Positions 12,736 through 25,520 of a stretch of 64,000 nt of DNA are shown here, piece after piece. A program made the position numbers and the translations under genes. The notes below the pieces were generated by a model. The model ran no database searches and had not been told where the DNA came from. It saw only the letters and a list, made by a program, of their open reading frames with translations. The stretch covers positions 142,786,001 through 142,850,000 of the forward strand of contig NC_091290.1 of assembly GCF_032444005.1 (NCBI RefSeq), in the 5' to 3' direction. Positions within the stretch are counted from its first letter, which is position 1. Every line of letters starts with the position of its first letter. Source of the stretch: Ranitomeya imitator. Lineage: Eukaryota.

Positions 12736-14329
12736 GTGACAGATGCCTGTAATGTAAGAGTCGTCAGCTCCTGAGCCCCCCACACACACGGTGACCCCAG
12801 CGCTGACGAACTCTCCACATTGTAGCGCAGGGATTTGTCATTCTGCTCCTGCTCTCCTGTCTGTCGAAACTGCATACAGACATAAGAGAGAGCAAGAGAC
12901 ATTAGACTGTCAGGAGCAATGCATGCTGGGAAGTGGAGGAAACTAAGTTCCAGCACCTATAATGCTGGCAGCACGCTGATAATGAGGAACCACCCAATCT
13001 TAAAAAGTGGATGTTGAGTTTATCAGGAGTATTGGGACGATTCCTGTTACTTCGCTTCTGTCTCCGAATTGTCTTTCGTCTTCGATATTGTTGGGAAGGA
13101 AGTTAGTCCATAGGACAGAGGATAACTTAGCGATCACTGGGGGTCTAATCAGTGGAACCCCCAATTATCCCAGGAACTGGACTCCCCAGCCCACCCTGAA
13201 TGCACGCGCGGCCTCTGCTCCACTCACTGTCTATAGGACTGCTGATTATAGCGGAGCGCTGCACTCGGCTTTCTCTCAGTCCCATAGATAATGAGTGGAG
13301 AACGAGCACAGTCCGGATCCCAGGATAAGTGGAGGGTCCCACCCATCGGACCCCAATGATCAGGAAGTTATTCACTTATCTAATGGATAAGGAATAACCT
13401 CCTGTTTTGGAAATAATCCTATAGTCAAGTCCTTAGTGTGATCTCTGGAGAAAGGGAGTGGGGGCCATAGGCAAATGCCTAGTTAGCCTGCCCCTATCGC
13501 CGACCCTGGAGGAGACCATGATGCACGGTTACTTATCACGCTTTCTCCCACCTATCACCCGGTGCCCTCCTTAGTGAGACGTCTTACTAATTTCTCAGAA
13601 ATTCACTGTATGGTAAATACAATGGCTTAAAGGGCAACTGTCATCCCCTGTGATCCCAGCATTGATGACACCGTAAACAGCCCTGGGGCAGATCCTTATT
13701 AATACTAGCATTGTGAGCGGATCTTCCGGATCTAGTCCCTGTGCTCAGTGTCGCCCCCTAGTGAGTAATGCATTTTATGACCTGTTAATAGGAGGAGTAC
13801 ATCCCATTTATGCATTAGATATTGTGTTAACAGTTGCCTACAAGGTCCTGGGTATGGGGCATCCACCCCTTCCGAAATATCACAAAACTTCCAGGATAAA
13901 TGGCCCCGCAGTCCTAGAGGTGCATTATGGTCGATGCGACCATATCCATTGAAGTCAATGGGACTCTGCTGCAGTACCGCTCACAACCTCTGGCCAAGTG
14001 TGGCGCCGTTGTTAGATAAATATTTTTTTTTTCAGATCTTGTTCAAAGTACATTAAGGGTTAAATCCACCCACACTTGTATAGTGGGCACCGCTTAAATA
14101 GCAATTCCATAAAGGAGTCACAAAGCATGAACCAATGCAATTCCATCATTGATAAGTTGTGACGTGAGGAGTAATTGCTTAATTATTCTTTATTGATTGT
14201 TATTTAAGGATTTGTCCGATATGAACAAGTGAAATAAGAAAATTCCTCATATGACAGAGACGTCACCTACTGAGGCTGAAACGTGACACCCAGGAGACAA
14301 GGGTCAGATCCATGTGGGTGTCAGTAATG

Positions 14330-14525
14330 TGCTGACTGTGGGCGGGAATGGGGCGGCATTAGCCAAAAGAGAAGCCAAGCCCCCCTCCCCCGGCCGTCCC
14401 CCCCACTATAAGAATCAGGGCAGGGTGGTGTCAGAAGAGCCAGAGGCCAGAAACAGAAGAAAACCCAATGAAATGTGCAACTGGTGGTGACTGGTTCCAG
14501 TAGAAGAGCAGGACTCCGGTAAGTA
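14330..14525 (+). promoter_or_regulatory. Candidate promoter and non-coding first exon of PLEKHF1
   Basis: GC boxes (gggcggg, ggggcgg) at ~14340-14357 are followed by a consensus donor CCG|GTAAGT (GT at 14519). The PLEKHF1 coding exon begins at an acceptor 14 nt before its ATG, so an upstream exon is required. Assignment of this site to it is an inference. Confidence 0.35.
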
Positions 14526-14827
14526 GGCAAAAAGTTTTTGTGTCTCTGAAACTTTCAGAAAGTTTTATAAAGTGGGAAAAAGTTCACGTGTGTCTCTAAA
14601 ACTGTCAGAAAGTGGGAAAAAGTTTATTTGTGTCTTTGTAAAACTTTCAGAAAGTTTCATAAAGTGGAAAAAAAAAGTTTGTATCTTTCTAAAACTATCT
14701 TAAAGTTTTTTTTTGAAGTTCTGTAGAATTGTCTGAATGCATGAATTCCAAGCAAGATACAAAGTATACGTGTCTGGACATGCTGGGAGTTGTAGTCTCA
14801 CAGCTGCAGGTCACGGCCCGCCAGTAT

Positions 14828-14871
<44 letters not shown>

Positions 14872-14932
14872 TATACTAGATGGTGGCCCGATTCTAACGC
14901 ATCGGGTATTCTAGAATATGTATGTATATGTG

Positions 14933-15090
14933 TAGATTGTGAGCCTTCGCGGGCAGGGTCCTCTCTCCTCCTGGACCAGTTATGACTTGTATTGTTTAAG
15001 ATTATTGTACTTGTTTTTATTATGTATACCCCTCCTCACATGTAAAGCGCCATGGAATAAATGGCGCTATAACAATAAATAATAATAATA
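14933..15090 (+). mobile_element. 3' tail fragment of an L2-type LINE/SINE, nested in the Helitron
   Basis: Reads tagattgtgagcc...tgtaaagcgccatggaataaatggcgctataacaataaataataataat. The short stem-loop (gcgccat...atggcgc) followed by an (AAT)n tail is typical of L2-related 3' ends. Confidence 0.55.
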
Positions 15091-15395
15091 ATATATAGCA
15101 GCCACATAGTATATAGCACAGGCCAAGACATATTCTTGAATACCTGGTGCGTTAATACAGGCCACGCAGTATATAACACAGCCCACGTAGTATATAGCAG
15201 CCATGTAGTATATAACGCAGCCCACGCAGTATATAACGTTGCCCACACAGTATATAACACTTCCCACGTAGTATACGAGCAGCCATGCAGTATATAACGC
15301 AGCCCATGTAGTATATAAAACAGCCAATGTAGTATATAGCAGCCATGTAGTATAACGCAGCCCACACAGTATATAACACAGCCCACGTAGTATAT

Positions 15396-15538
15396 AATAA
15401 TAATAATCTTTATAATAATCTTTATTTTTATATAGCGCTAACATATTCCGCAGCGCTTTACAGTTTTGCACACATTATCATCACTGTCCCCGATGGGGCT
15501 CACAATCTAGATTCCCTATCAGTATGTCTTTGGAATGT

Positions 15539-15569
<31 letters not shown>

Positions 15570-15686
15570 ACGCAAACACGGAGAGAACATACAAACTCTT
15601 TGCAGATGTTGTCCTGAGTGGGATTCGAACCCAGGACCCCAGCGCTGCAAGGCTGCAGTGCTATCCACTGAGCCACCGTGCTGCCC
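15396..15686 (-). mobile_element. tRNA-derived SINE (V-SINE-like) nested in the Helitron
   Basis: The minus strand has an A-box (tggctcagtgg), a B-box (ggttcgaatcc) and a V-domain-like core (gtttgtatgttctctccgtgtttgcgtgggtttcctccgggcactccggtttcctcccaca). An L2-like tail (tgtaaagcgctgcgg...gcgctatat) and (ATT)n follow. Confidence 0.8.
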
Positions 15687-18589
15687 ATAGCAGCAGTATA
15701 TAGCAGCCATGCAGTATATAACGCAGCCCACGTAGTATATAGCAGCCATGTAGTATATAACATTGCCCACACAGTATATAACACTTCCCACGTAGTATAT
15801 GAGCAGCCCACGCAGTATATAACGCAGCCCACGTAGTATATAGCAGCCATGTAGTATATAACGCAGCCCACGCAGTATATAACATTGCCCACACAGTATA
15901 TAACACAGCCCACGTAGTATATAGCAATGTGGACACTATATGCGTGGTTAAAAAAAGACTTAAAATAAAAAACATATACTCACCTTCCGAGGGCCCCTTG
16001 TAGTCCTGGCGCCTGTGTGCGGTGCACGCGGCAGCTTCCGGTCCCAGGGTTGGTATGAGTGCAGGACCTGTGATGACGTCGCGGTCACATGACCATGACG
16101 TCATGGCAGGTCCTTCTCGCATAGCATCCTTGGCACCGGAACCGGCCGAGGACAGCGGGCCACGTCGGAGGGTGAGAATAACTTTTTTTTTATTATTTTT
16201 AACATTAGATCTTTTTACTATTGATGCTGCATGCGTATTATCAATAGTAAAAAGTTGGTCACACAGGGTTAATAGCGGCGGTAACGGAGTGCGTTACACC
16301 GCGGCATAACACGGTCCGTTAACGCTGACTGGAGGGGAGTACAGAGCGGGCACTGACTGTGGGGAGGAACGAGCGGCCATTTTGCCGCCAAACTGCTCCC
16401 GTCGCTGATTGGTCGTGGCAATGGTCGTGGGCGTTTTGCCACGACCAATCAGCGACTTGGATTTCCATGACAGACAGAGGCCGTGGCCAATGAATATCTG
16501 TGACAGACAGAAGGACGGAAGTGGCCCTTATATAGTAGATATATATATATACATGCACTGCTGCGGATAGAAATGTATTCTCTTAACTAAATGTAACTAT
16601 TTGCAACTTTTTAATTATATTATGATACAAAAGATACATTGACTATAAATATGTTTTTTCTTTTTTTTGTGTCACTTTTTCTCCGCCATGCTTTACACTG
16701 CTGCCCTACTCTGTCAGGTTGGTTGTTGTGTATATGTGGAAATTCAACAAGAAAACTCTTGTTTTCAACAGACCATCAACTAATCCACAAGGGTGAAGGA
16801 AAACTGACAAATAGACCAGGGAAGTGGCCATAGATAGGGGGAAGATTGGGAAAAAGTAGATTAAAGGGGTTAGTAAATTTAGTAAATGGGATTTTCTGTC
16901 TCAGAACATAGAGCTGTGTAATACTTCACTTCCCCTGTGGTGGCGCTGCAGGGAACCCAACCAATTGTTGCTGATCACAGGATCAGGACTTTCTATAATC
17001 AGATTGTTGTTGATGCCAGTGCAGGGAAAAATAGACAATCCCTTTAAATGTTTCTGTCCCTGCTGTGTATGAGGATGAGGGGGTGACAGATATTTTGCTT
17101 GGGATGATCTGATCCCTGATTGCCAGAGTAGCTGCAGCCGGGACTTCGGGGGCCGCACTGGTTTCTGTTCTTGGGGTCATCCCTGTTTCCGATTAACGTG
17201 AGGTCACCGGAGGACCATGCGACCCTTTCCTCGTTCTCCTTTTATGGGAAAGATTTTTACTATAGATAAACGGAATCCGGAAAGTTTCTGGGAAAAGTTC
17301 AAAAGTGGAGAAAAAAAAAGGTTACTAAAACTTTTTATAAGGAAAGTCACGGGAGACTTGGGAAGTCAGACAGACCCCCGTGCGCTGGGTGTCTGGACCC
17401 ATTCTTTCTGTTACAGGGTGGAAGGGGTTAAGTCCGCAGCCTGGAAATAATTCTATGGAACTAGGGGAGGAAATTTTGCTGCTAAAGAAAAAAAAAAAGT
17501 CATTTTCTTGTTTTGTTTCGTGGTCAGGCGTCGTGCCCAGAACCCGGCGAGGAATGTCTACACTATAGGGGCTCACTGGCTCAGGACGCCGCTGATGTGG
17601 CAGGGAAGAGCTACCCTGAGCAAGTCTGTACTGGTCCGAGTGAGGGGCTGACCGCTCTCCGAGCTGTGAGGGAATACAGTGTATCAGTCTTTACCCTAAG
17701 GGTGTAGCTACATGCGGCAGATCTCTTCCATGCATCTAAATAGGAAGTTTTGGAGAGGGGGGGAAAGCATCTAAGTTCTCAGAGAGGGCAGGAAAAACAA
17801 GCTATAGATAGGGAGGATTAGGTACAGGGCTCAGCATGCAGTATCACACATGGTGGGATTAGGTACTGGGCTCAGCACGCAGTATCACACATGGTGGGAA
17901 TGGGTACAGGGTCTTTCAGTATCACATGATTGACTTTGATCACACGTTTCTTAGCCTCTGACTGATAGTGACCCATTGGATCCCCGCAGCACCCGTCAGA
18001 AACCAGTGATTATATTGGGGTCCGGGTGAGATGCGGTGGTGAGATACTGTAGGACCCCCGACCTCTGGACTGAGCTGCTCATCACCAGTCTGCACTTGTT
18101 TCCTCCCCGACCTTCGCTCTCTTTGAGGTAAACCACCTTCTCAGTGACAGACGCACCCGACTTCCGTACTCCGACCCTGAAGTTCGGCTTTCAGACACTT
18201 TTCTGCATGTGGGCTGACTCTTCAGTCTCTGCACGTGGTGCCACATACACCAGTCTTGTGCATCTTCTTTTTATGTCTAAGCTATTGCTTTCTGTTATCA
18301 GCCATTTCACTATCATAAAAAAATCCAGATTCCTCCCTTCCCCATGATCAATACTTGAGACCCTCCGTCAGCCCGTCCCCTATAATCTGGTATTGCTGCC
18401 AGGTCGTCTCCTGTTGATATATTTTGGTTGTAGGGAAACTATTTCACAACTTTACTGTTACGTTACTTAATGGCCTCCCTGGTCCACAGAGTAATATTGG
18501 ATGTATTGCTTCATACCAGGCATAGGTCAAAGTATGGAGTCGGGAGTGTACATAGAGAAGGCGCTTAAATGCCGCCATCCTGTTAGTTT

Positions 18590-19430
18590 ATGCCATCACA
18601 TACCTCCCATAGAAAGCATGTAGACCTATGATGCTGGATTCACAGTTACACTGCTCAGTACGATTGTATATTGTCCTCACTTGCTCCTGCTTTCTAGTAA
18701 GCATTTATCACCTCCAGAGTTGCACTACTCAGTACTATTGTATTATGTCCTCTATGCTGCTGCTTTCTGGCAAGCATTTCTCACCCCAAAGCTGAACTCA
18801 CTGAATACTATTGTATTGTGTCCTCTATGCAGCTATCTGGTAAGCATTTAACACCCCCAGAGGTGGATTCACAGCTACACTGCTCAGTACTATTCTATAA
18901 TGTCCTTTATGCTTCTGCTTTCTGGCAAGCATTTCTGACCCCAAGAACAGAATTCTCAGTTAAACTGCTCAGTAGTACCATATAGTGACTTCTAGGATGC
19001 TGCTTTCTAGTCAGTGTTTTATAGCACCCAGACCTGGATTCACGGTGACACTACTCAGTACTATTGTATAATGTCCTCCATGCTGCTGCTTTCTGATAAG
19101 CATTTTTCACTCCAAGAGCTGGATTCACAGTTACACTACTCAATACTATTGTATAATATCCTTTATGCTGCTGCTTTCTAGATAGCATTTCTCACCCACA
19201 TGGCATGATTCACAGTTACACTGCTCAGTAGTGTTGTATTATGTCCTTTATAATGCTGCTTTCTAGTAAGTGTTTTATCTCACCAGAGCCGAATTGACAG
19301 CTACACTGCTCAGTACTATTGTATAATGTCCTCCATGCCGCTGCTTTCTACTAAGCATTTCTCACCCCAGAGCTGGATTCAGAACTACATTGCTTAGTAC
19401 TGCTGTATAATGTTATCCATACTGCTGCTT
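18590..19430 (+). repeat. Degenerate ~86-bp tandem array
   Basis: The motif cagagctggattcacagttacactgctcagtactattgtataatgtcctccatgctgctgctttctagtaagcatt recurs about every 86 nt (e.g. ctggattcac at ~19034 and ~19119) with many substitutions. Confidence 0.85.
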
Positions 19431-19777
19431 TTGAACATGTGTTACATAGAGACAGGAGAGAAGAAATCCTTCTTGTCTGTGTGTATGTCAGACATCATAG
19501 CAGCACTTCTCCACCCACTAGCTCAGAGACAACTGAAAATTAGAGGCAGAGCATCAGAGGTCAAAAGTGGTGAAATGTGGATACAAATTATGTAATGGAC
19601 AACAATTTTGGATTCATTGCATAATTGGGTAACATGAACAAAGAAATTCATGATATTTAGGGTTTTCATCTATCATCTGTTACTTGAAGGAACCTCAGCC
19701 GTATATAAGGGACATATATATTTCTCTATAGATGCCTATCTAATCTGAGTCTGTATTTTTCAGATATACCAGACAAC

Positions 19778-20581
19778 ATGGTGGATCACCTGGCGTACAC
19801 AGAAATCAACAGCCAGAGGATAGCAGCTGTGGAGACATGTTTTGGTGCTGCTGGCCAACCACTCTCTCTGCCGGGAAGAGTCCTTGTAGGTGAAGGAATA
19901 TTGACGAAGGAATGTCGGAAGAAACCCAAACCAAGGGTCTTCTTTCTCTTCAGTGATATCCTCGTCTATGGAACCATTATGATAAGTAAGGTTAAGTACA
20001 GCTGCCAGCACATCATTCCCTTGGAAGACGTGACCACGGAGACACTTGATGACAGTGGAGACATGAAGAACCGGTGGATGCTAAAGACCTCCAAGAAGTC
20101 TTTTGTAGTTTGTGCTGCCTCTTACACCGAACGGGAAGAGTGGATCAGTCACATCAAGGAATGTTCCAGTAGGCTCTTGGCCAAGACTGGAAGACGAGCG
20201 TCCACCAGACACGCGGCACCATGGATACCGGATAAAGCCACCGATATCTGCATGAGATGCACCAAAACCAAGTTCACCACACTGACTCGTAGGCACCATT
20301 GTCGCAACTGCGGATTTGTAGTATGTCAACATTGTTCCCAGAACAAGTTCTTGATCCCGTCTTTGTCTTCCAAACCTCTGAGAGTCTGTGCTCTGTGTCA
20401 TCGAAAGCTGATCGCCGAAAAAATAGCCGAGGAAGATAAAAGGAAGCGACCGGACAAGACCCAAAGGGAAATGCCGGAATTTGAGCCTTCGAGTGACGAA
20501 GACAGTGATGAAGAAAGGAACACTGAGATAATTTCCAATGAAGACTTCTACTCTTCATCGTGGTCCGCGTTCCATGCCTGA
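19778..20581 (+). CDS. PLEKHF1: Pleckstrin homology and FYVE domain-containing protein 1 (Phafin1), 267 aa, single coding exon
   Basis: MVDHLAYTEINSQRIAAVETCFG...GRVLVGEGILTKECRKKPKPRVFFLFSDILVYG is the PH domain. WIPD...CMRC...RRHHCRNCGFVVC..CS...RVCALC is the FYVE domain. An acidic tail (SSDEDSDEE) follows. There is a splice acceptor ttttcag at 19763 and AATAAA at 21050-21055. The N-terminus fits PLEKHF1 rather than PLEKHF2, and synteny agrees. Confidence 0.96.
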   Translation: MVDHLAYTEINSQRIAAVETCFGAAGQPLSLPGRVLVGEGILTKECRKKPKPRVFFLFSDILVYGTIMISKVKYSCQHIIPLEDVTTETLDDSGDMKNRWMLKTSKKSFVVCAASYTEREEWISHIKECSSRLLAKTGRRASTRHAAPWIPDKATDICMRCTKTKFTTLTRRHHCRNCGFVVCQHCSQNKFLIPSLSSKPLRVCALCHRKLIAEKIAEEDKRKRPDKTQREMPEFEPSSDEDSDEERNTEIISNEDFYSSSWSAFHA

Positions 20582-22152
20582 CTTTTCGTTGTTTTTTTTT
20601 AAGTTCTTCACCTAGCGACACAAAGATGTTGAGAATGTTCAACAATTGGTGGACAGGTTGGAAATATCTGAAGCCATCAGAGACAAACTTGGTGTTGTTA
20701 CGACCAGTTTATAGGAGGACAATGACCAGATAGGACCAGTCTACTCGCACTGTGTGGTGGCCAAACTCAAGAGATGATACCTACCTTATCCTGGAGACTT
20801 AAGGATATCTCGATTCTAACCATTGTGATTCCAAACCCAACATATTGAATCGTGGTGACCATGCCATTGTTTCTGCCCATAGTGGCCAGTTTTCCACAGA
20901 TATTCTCTGGAACCGCCATTAAGCTGGTTCCTTAGCTCTTTGGTGGTCCAATGGTCCAGGTTGATTACGCCTGGAAAATATTCCATAGCCTTTGATAACA
21001 CTAAATCTGCTTCTCTCTTAACAACACTGCCATAAAATGTTATCCTGCCAATAAATAGACACTTAGTGATGTATTAACCGCAGTGACACAACGACTGGGT
21101 AAACGTGCTAAATAGAAAGTCTATGAACCCCTTAATTTCGATGGACGCCTAGAAAGATATACGAGATAGGTCACACCACACATTCCTTGGAAGAGAAGGT
21201 TCCTCAAGAGAGTCATGGAGTGAGCCGGTACACGGGCCCATTACGTGTTCTTCATTCTCTTCCATGGCACAAACCAGAGAAGAAGTTCCTGGACTCCCAA
21301 ACTATCACACGTCATTGGGTCAACTTTGGACCCTCAGCTCTTTATTACAGCTATTGAAAACCTGTGGACATCTTGAAGCTTTGAACCCATTGGGTGATGG
21401 ATGACACTAAGGACTATATTGTGATATATCCTGATATTTTTAATGTATTAACTTATACCGTCTTTGATATAAATCGTGACATTAATGCTGCATTGTGTGT
21501 GACCTGATTGAGGAAATGGTGAAACGCGTCGGGACGTCTGAAACTTTTCAACCCAACAAGCCAAAGCCATGGTGCTATTTAGGACACCCCTGCAAACACA
21601 ACTCATGCCAAAAGGGATACATGTAGTATACCGCCATCCCCACTTCACGGTCAGCCAGTACCAGTCACTTTCGCTACTCTTCTGACCCTTCTAAACTTAC
21701 TTGTAACTTCTTTAGCCAAACCTGGAGGAAGCGACCTCTAGTGGATCACTAAGGGTATTATTTTTACCCTTTAATGAAGTAGTTGCCTGTAGCCAATCGG
21801 ATGATAATGGCAGCAGCGGGAGAAGAATGTGCTGCTCTTGCAGGAGGCAGTGACCTATGGGCTCCTATGACGTTGGTAATGACGGTCTGAGGAGTATTTC
21901 GGCAGTACTGAGTTTGTAGAAAGCAGCGATCTGTCCACTCATGGGGTGATAGGACAATGGCGTAGGTGACTCTCCCTGGTCCCTCTCATGACTTGTCTGA
22001 TGCACTTTAGGATCCTCGGATGTGATAATTGTTCCCCTTTTTAAATATAAACGTGACGAGAAAACATAAAAAAAGAGTCAATTATTTTCTTGCTGCTCCT
22101 AAGAACATGACGCTCGCGTTATACAGCGTTAAGCACGTCCCTGGAAATCTAC

Positions 22153-22745
22153 TTGGTCTTCATGGTGATGTTTAGCAATCTTCTTGGTCTTCATGGTGCT
22201 GTTTGGAGATCTTAGTCTTCATGGTGATGTTTGGAGATCTCCTTGGTCTTCATTGTGGTGTTTGGAGATCTCCTTGGTCTTCATGGTGATGTTTGGAGAC
22301 CTCATTGGTCTTCATGGTGCTGTTTGATGATCTCCTTGGTCTTCATGGTGCTGTTTGATGATCTCCTTGGTCTTCATGGTGCTGTTTGATGATCTCCTTG
22401 GTCTTCATGGTGCTGTTTGATGATCTCCTTGGTCTTCATGGTGATGTTTGGAGATCTCCTTGGTCTTCATTGTGGTGTTTCAAGATCTCCTTGGTCTTCA
22501 TGGTGGTGTTTGGAGATCTCCTTGGTCTTCATGGTGTTTGGAGATCTTCTTGGCCTTCTCGGTGTTGTTTGGAGATCTCTTTGGTTTTCATGGTGCTGTT
22601 TGACCTCCTTGGTCTTCATGGTTCTGTTTGGAGATCTCCTTGTCTTCGTGGTGCTGTTTGGAGATCTCCAAGGTCTTCATGGTGTTTGGAGATCTTCTTG
22701 GTCTTCGTGGTCTTGTTTGGAAATCTCCTTGGAGTTCATGGTGGT
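22153..22745 (+). repeat. ~31-bp minisatellite (ttggtcttcatggtgatgtttggagatctcc)
   Basis: About 19 degenerate tandem copies; it explains the ISLVFMV ORFs. Confidence 0.9.
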
Positions 22746-22859
22746 TGGTTAGTGGCGCCTCTTGTTAATGGTGTTGCAGCCTCTGTGGTCTTTCAGAAAA
22801 GGTAAAGTGTATATACTGACATACATGTGACACATTGCACACAGAGGGACGTTCTGTCA

Positions 22860-23130
22860 CTAAGCATGGGACTTATGAAGGGAATTTCTTGCACCAAATT
22901 TTTTTAGGGGCTTCATCACAAAAAGGGGTGAATACATATGCACATGCCAATTTTTAGTTATTTGATACCATAAATTTAATGTATGCCTATATTTTCCTAC
23001 TTCACCAACTTAGACTATTTAGTGCTGATGCGTCACACACAAATCAGATTACAAGAATATTTACACACAGGTTCTAATGTAACAAAATAAATAAAAATCC
23101 AAGGGGGGTGAATACTTTTGCAAGTCACTG
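22860..23130. mobile_element. Tc1-like terminal inverted repeat fragment
   Basis: It ends ggggtgaatacttttgcaagtcactg|ta (reverse complement cagtgacttgcaaaagtattcacccc), a typical Tc1 terminus with a TA target. An inner copy ggggtgaatacatatgcac at ~22925 gives the IR/DR arrangement. Confidence 0.55.
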
Positions 23131-23639
23131 TACAGACATAAAATACTGTCAGCAAATGCATATTTTCACACCGGGGTCCAGGGATTCTCCACACTTGCAC
23201 TGAACGGTTCTTTTTCCATCAGGGACAAATTCCGTGCAGGTCGGCGGATGTTTCCGGTTCCGCACCTTCCTGCTATCTACATTTCTCTGTTGTGCAACTT
23301 CCTGCAAACTTTTCTGAAAAAAGGGCTTTTTTTCCTTCTTTCGGTTTGGTTTCACAATATTTGCAACGTTGTATTTTTTTGCCCCCACTATGGAAACAAT
23401 GTAAGGTCGCTGTCTTCTCAATGCTACAAGATAAGAAGCTTTGTAACCACTTATAAGAAATATCTGCTCCTTTCTCTACTTCTGAGCCATTATTCTCCTT
23501 GTGAACTCCTCATTCACTCTGGAAATATTACTAAAATCCATCCATTATGGACTGCCAGCTCACTATGGATCAGATTACAGCTGCACATTGAAGTCTATGG
23601 CGAGGGGAGCAGCAGAGTGAGGTATAGACTGACTTCCTG

Positions 23640-24200
23640 CTGCTGCTTTCTAATATGTGTTTCACAGCTACACTGCTTAGTACTGTATGATGTCATTCAT
23701 GCTGTCGCTTTCTAGTGTTTTATCTAGTCCCACAGCTGGATTCACAACTACACTGCTTAGTATGATGTCTTCCACGCTGATTTTTCTAGTAAGTGTTGAT
23801 ATAATGCGAGGGCTGGATTCATAGTTACACTGCTTCATACTGCTGTATGATGACATCCATTTTCTTGGTTTCTAATAAGTATTTTGTCTCACTCTAGTTC
23901 TGGATTCACAGCTATACTGCTCAGTCCTGTTGCATAAATATCATTATACCATAGTATTAAGCAGTGTAACTGTGAATCCAGCTTTGGTAAGAGATAAACA
24001 CCAAAATAAAATCATTCTTTATTGCAAAATAAGTTAAAACATGGTAAAATGAATCCTGACGCGTTTCTGGTGTATACAACACCCTTATTCATAAGAGAAC
24101 GTTGCTTCCTGATAAGTATTTTGTCTCCAATGCTGGATTCACAGTTACTCAGTTTAGTACGACTGTAAAATGTCCTCCATGCTGCTGCTTAACATGTGCT
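23640..24200 (+). repeat. Second degenerate ~86-bp array, same family as 18590-19430
   Basis: Recurrent ctggattcacagctacactgct(t/c)agtactg...atgatgtc...ctgctttctagtaag units. Confidence 0.75.
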
Positions 24201-25134
24201 ATATAGAGGAGATCTAGTCCACCGTTTTGATACCCTCTAATAGAACATGAAGGTAAGAGAAGGGGGGCTTCATTGCATTTTACAATGCTACGGCAAAGGG
24301 AGGGTGGTCACCAGAGGCTGATATGTCCAGTAGGTGGATCCACTACTATTATCTCCATATGGGGGGCGCCATTTCTATTTTCCACCCAGTAACAACTAGC
24401 ACAGAAATCTAAGGGTAGAAGACGTTCGGGTGACGTTATCCACCAGGTATAGAAGTAGAACAGTCCACACTGGAGAAATGTCACCCGACGGCATGGTCTG
24501 CGGTGGGAGAGGAATGTGGGTCTCCGCACAATAGATTGCTCTGTGTCCCTGAGATGTGTGGGACTTCTGCTGAGAACACATTATGCACAGTAATGTAGCA
24601 CGCCGGCTCCTTGTGGTTCAGGCTGGATGACGGTATTCGGTGCACTCTATGGCGCTACTATGAAGGTGCAGAACAGCTGCACCCATGGCTGAGCACTGAG
24701 CCGTGCCGCTGCACTGCAATGACAGGCAGACAATAGATGAGAAGGGCGGCGACAGGACAATCAGCACCACTGTCACGTGGATGTGTTCCATTCACCTCAA
24801 CGGGAACACATTTTAAAGGGATATTCCCAAATTGTAAGGTAATGGCAGATCACCGCAATATGTTACCGAATTGTCACCATTAGGGGGCGCTCTGCCACGG
24901 TCCTGAGAATGAAGGAAGCGCTGCACCACCTCCTGCACTGCCACTTCACTGAAAAGGTCGGAAGTGCCGCCATGGACGGAAAATAAGCGCTGGGTTAGTG
25001 GGGTCCAATAGGCGAGGCCCACCCAATCCGCAAATACCGGCATGCCCCGCAATCCGGCAGCGCTATACGAGAGAAAACCCCTTTAAGAAGAGGGCAACGC
25101 CAACTGATGACTTTAGCCCATAATTAGAAATGTC

Positions 25135-25520
25135 TGTAAATGCCCCCCTTATCATTAAAGGGATAATGCATCGTAATCATTAAAGGGGCAATGTACCCTT
25201 AATCATTATAGAGGAAATGCTCTTCAAATCATTAAAGGGGAAACACATGCCAAATCATTAAAGGGGTAATGAATCTAAAATCATTAAAGGGGCATTGCAC
25301 CCCAAATCATTAAAGGGGTAATGCACGCCAAATCTTTAAAGGGACAATGGACGTCAAATCATTAAAGGTGCAAGCAAGGCACGCCAAAACATTAAGGGGA
25401 AATGCACCCCAAGTCATTAAATGAGCAAAGCATGCCAAATCATTAAAGGAGCAATGCACCCCAAATCATTAAATGGGAAATGCACCCCAAATCATTAAAG
25501 GGGCAATGCACCCCAAATCA
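25135..25520 (+). repeat. ~26-bp minisatellite (aaatcattaaaggggcaatgcacccc)
   Basis: About 14 degenerate tandem copies. Confidence 0.9.

Larger units (their letters stand above)
14876..16539 (-). mobile_element. Non-autonomous Helitron inserted in a (TA)n tract
   Basis: On the minus strand the 5' end is A|TCTACTATATAA (16539). The 3' end is CCCGAT-gcgttaga-ATCGGG hairpin, then ccaccatCTAG|T (14876). A 5' TC, 3' CTAG, subterminal hairpin, A|T target and no TSD are the standard Helitron signature. Confidence 0.72.

Noticed and set aside
15600-15686. tRNA gene
   Set aside because: A and B boxes are present but continue into a SINE core and tail. I see no full cloverleaf or downstream poly-T terminator.
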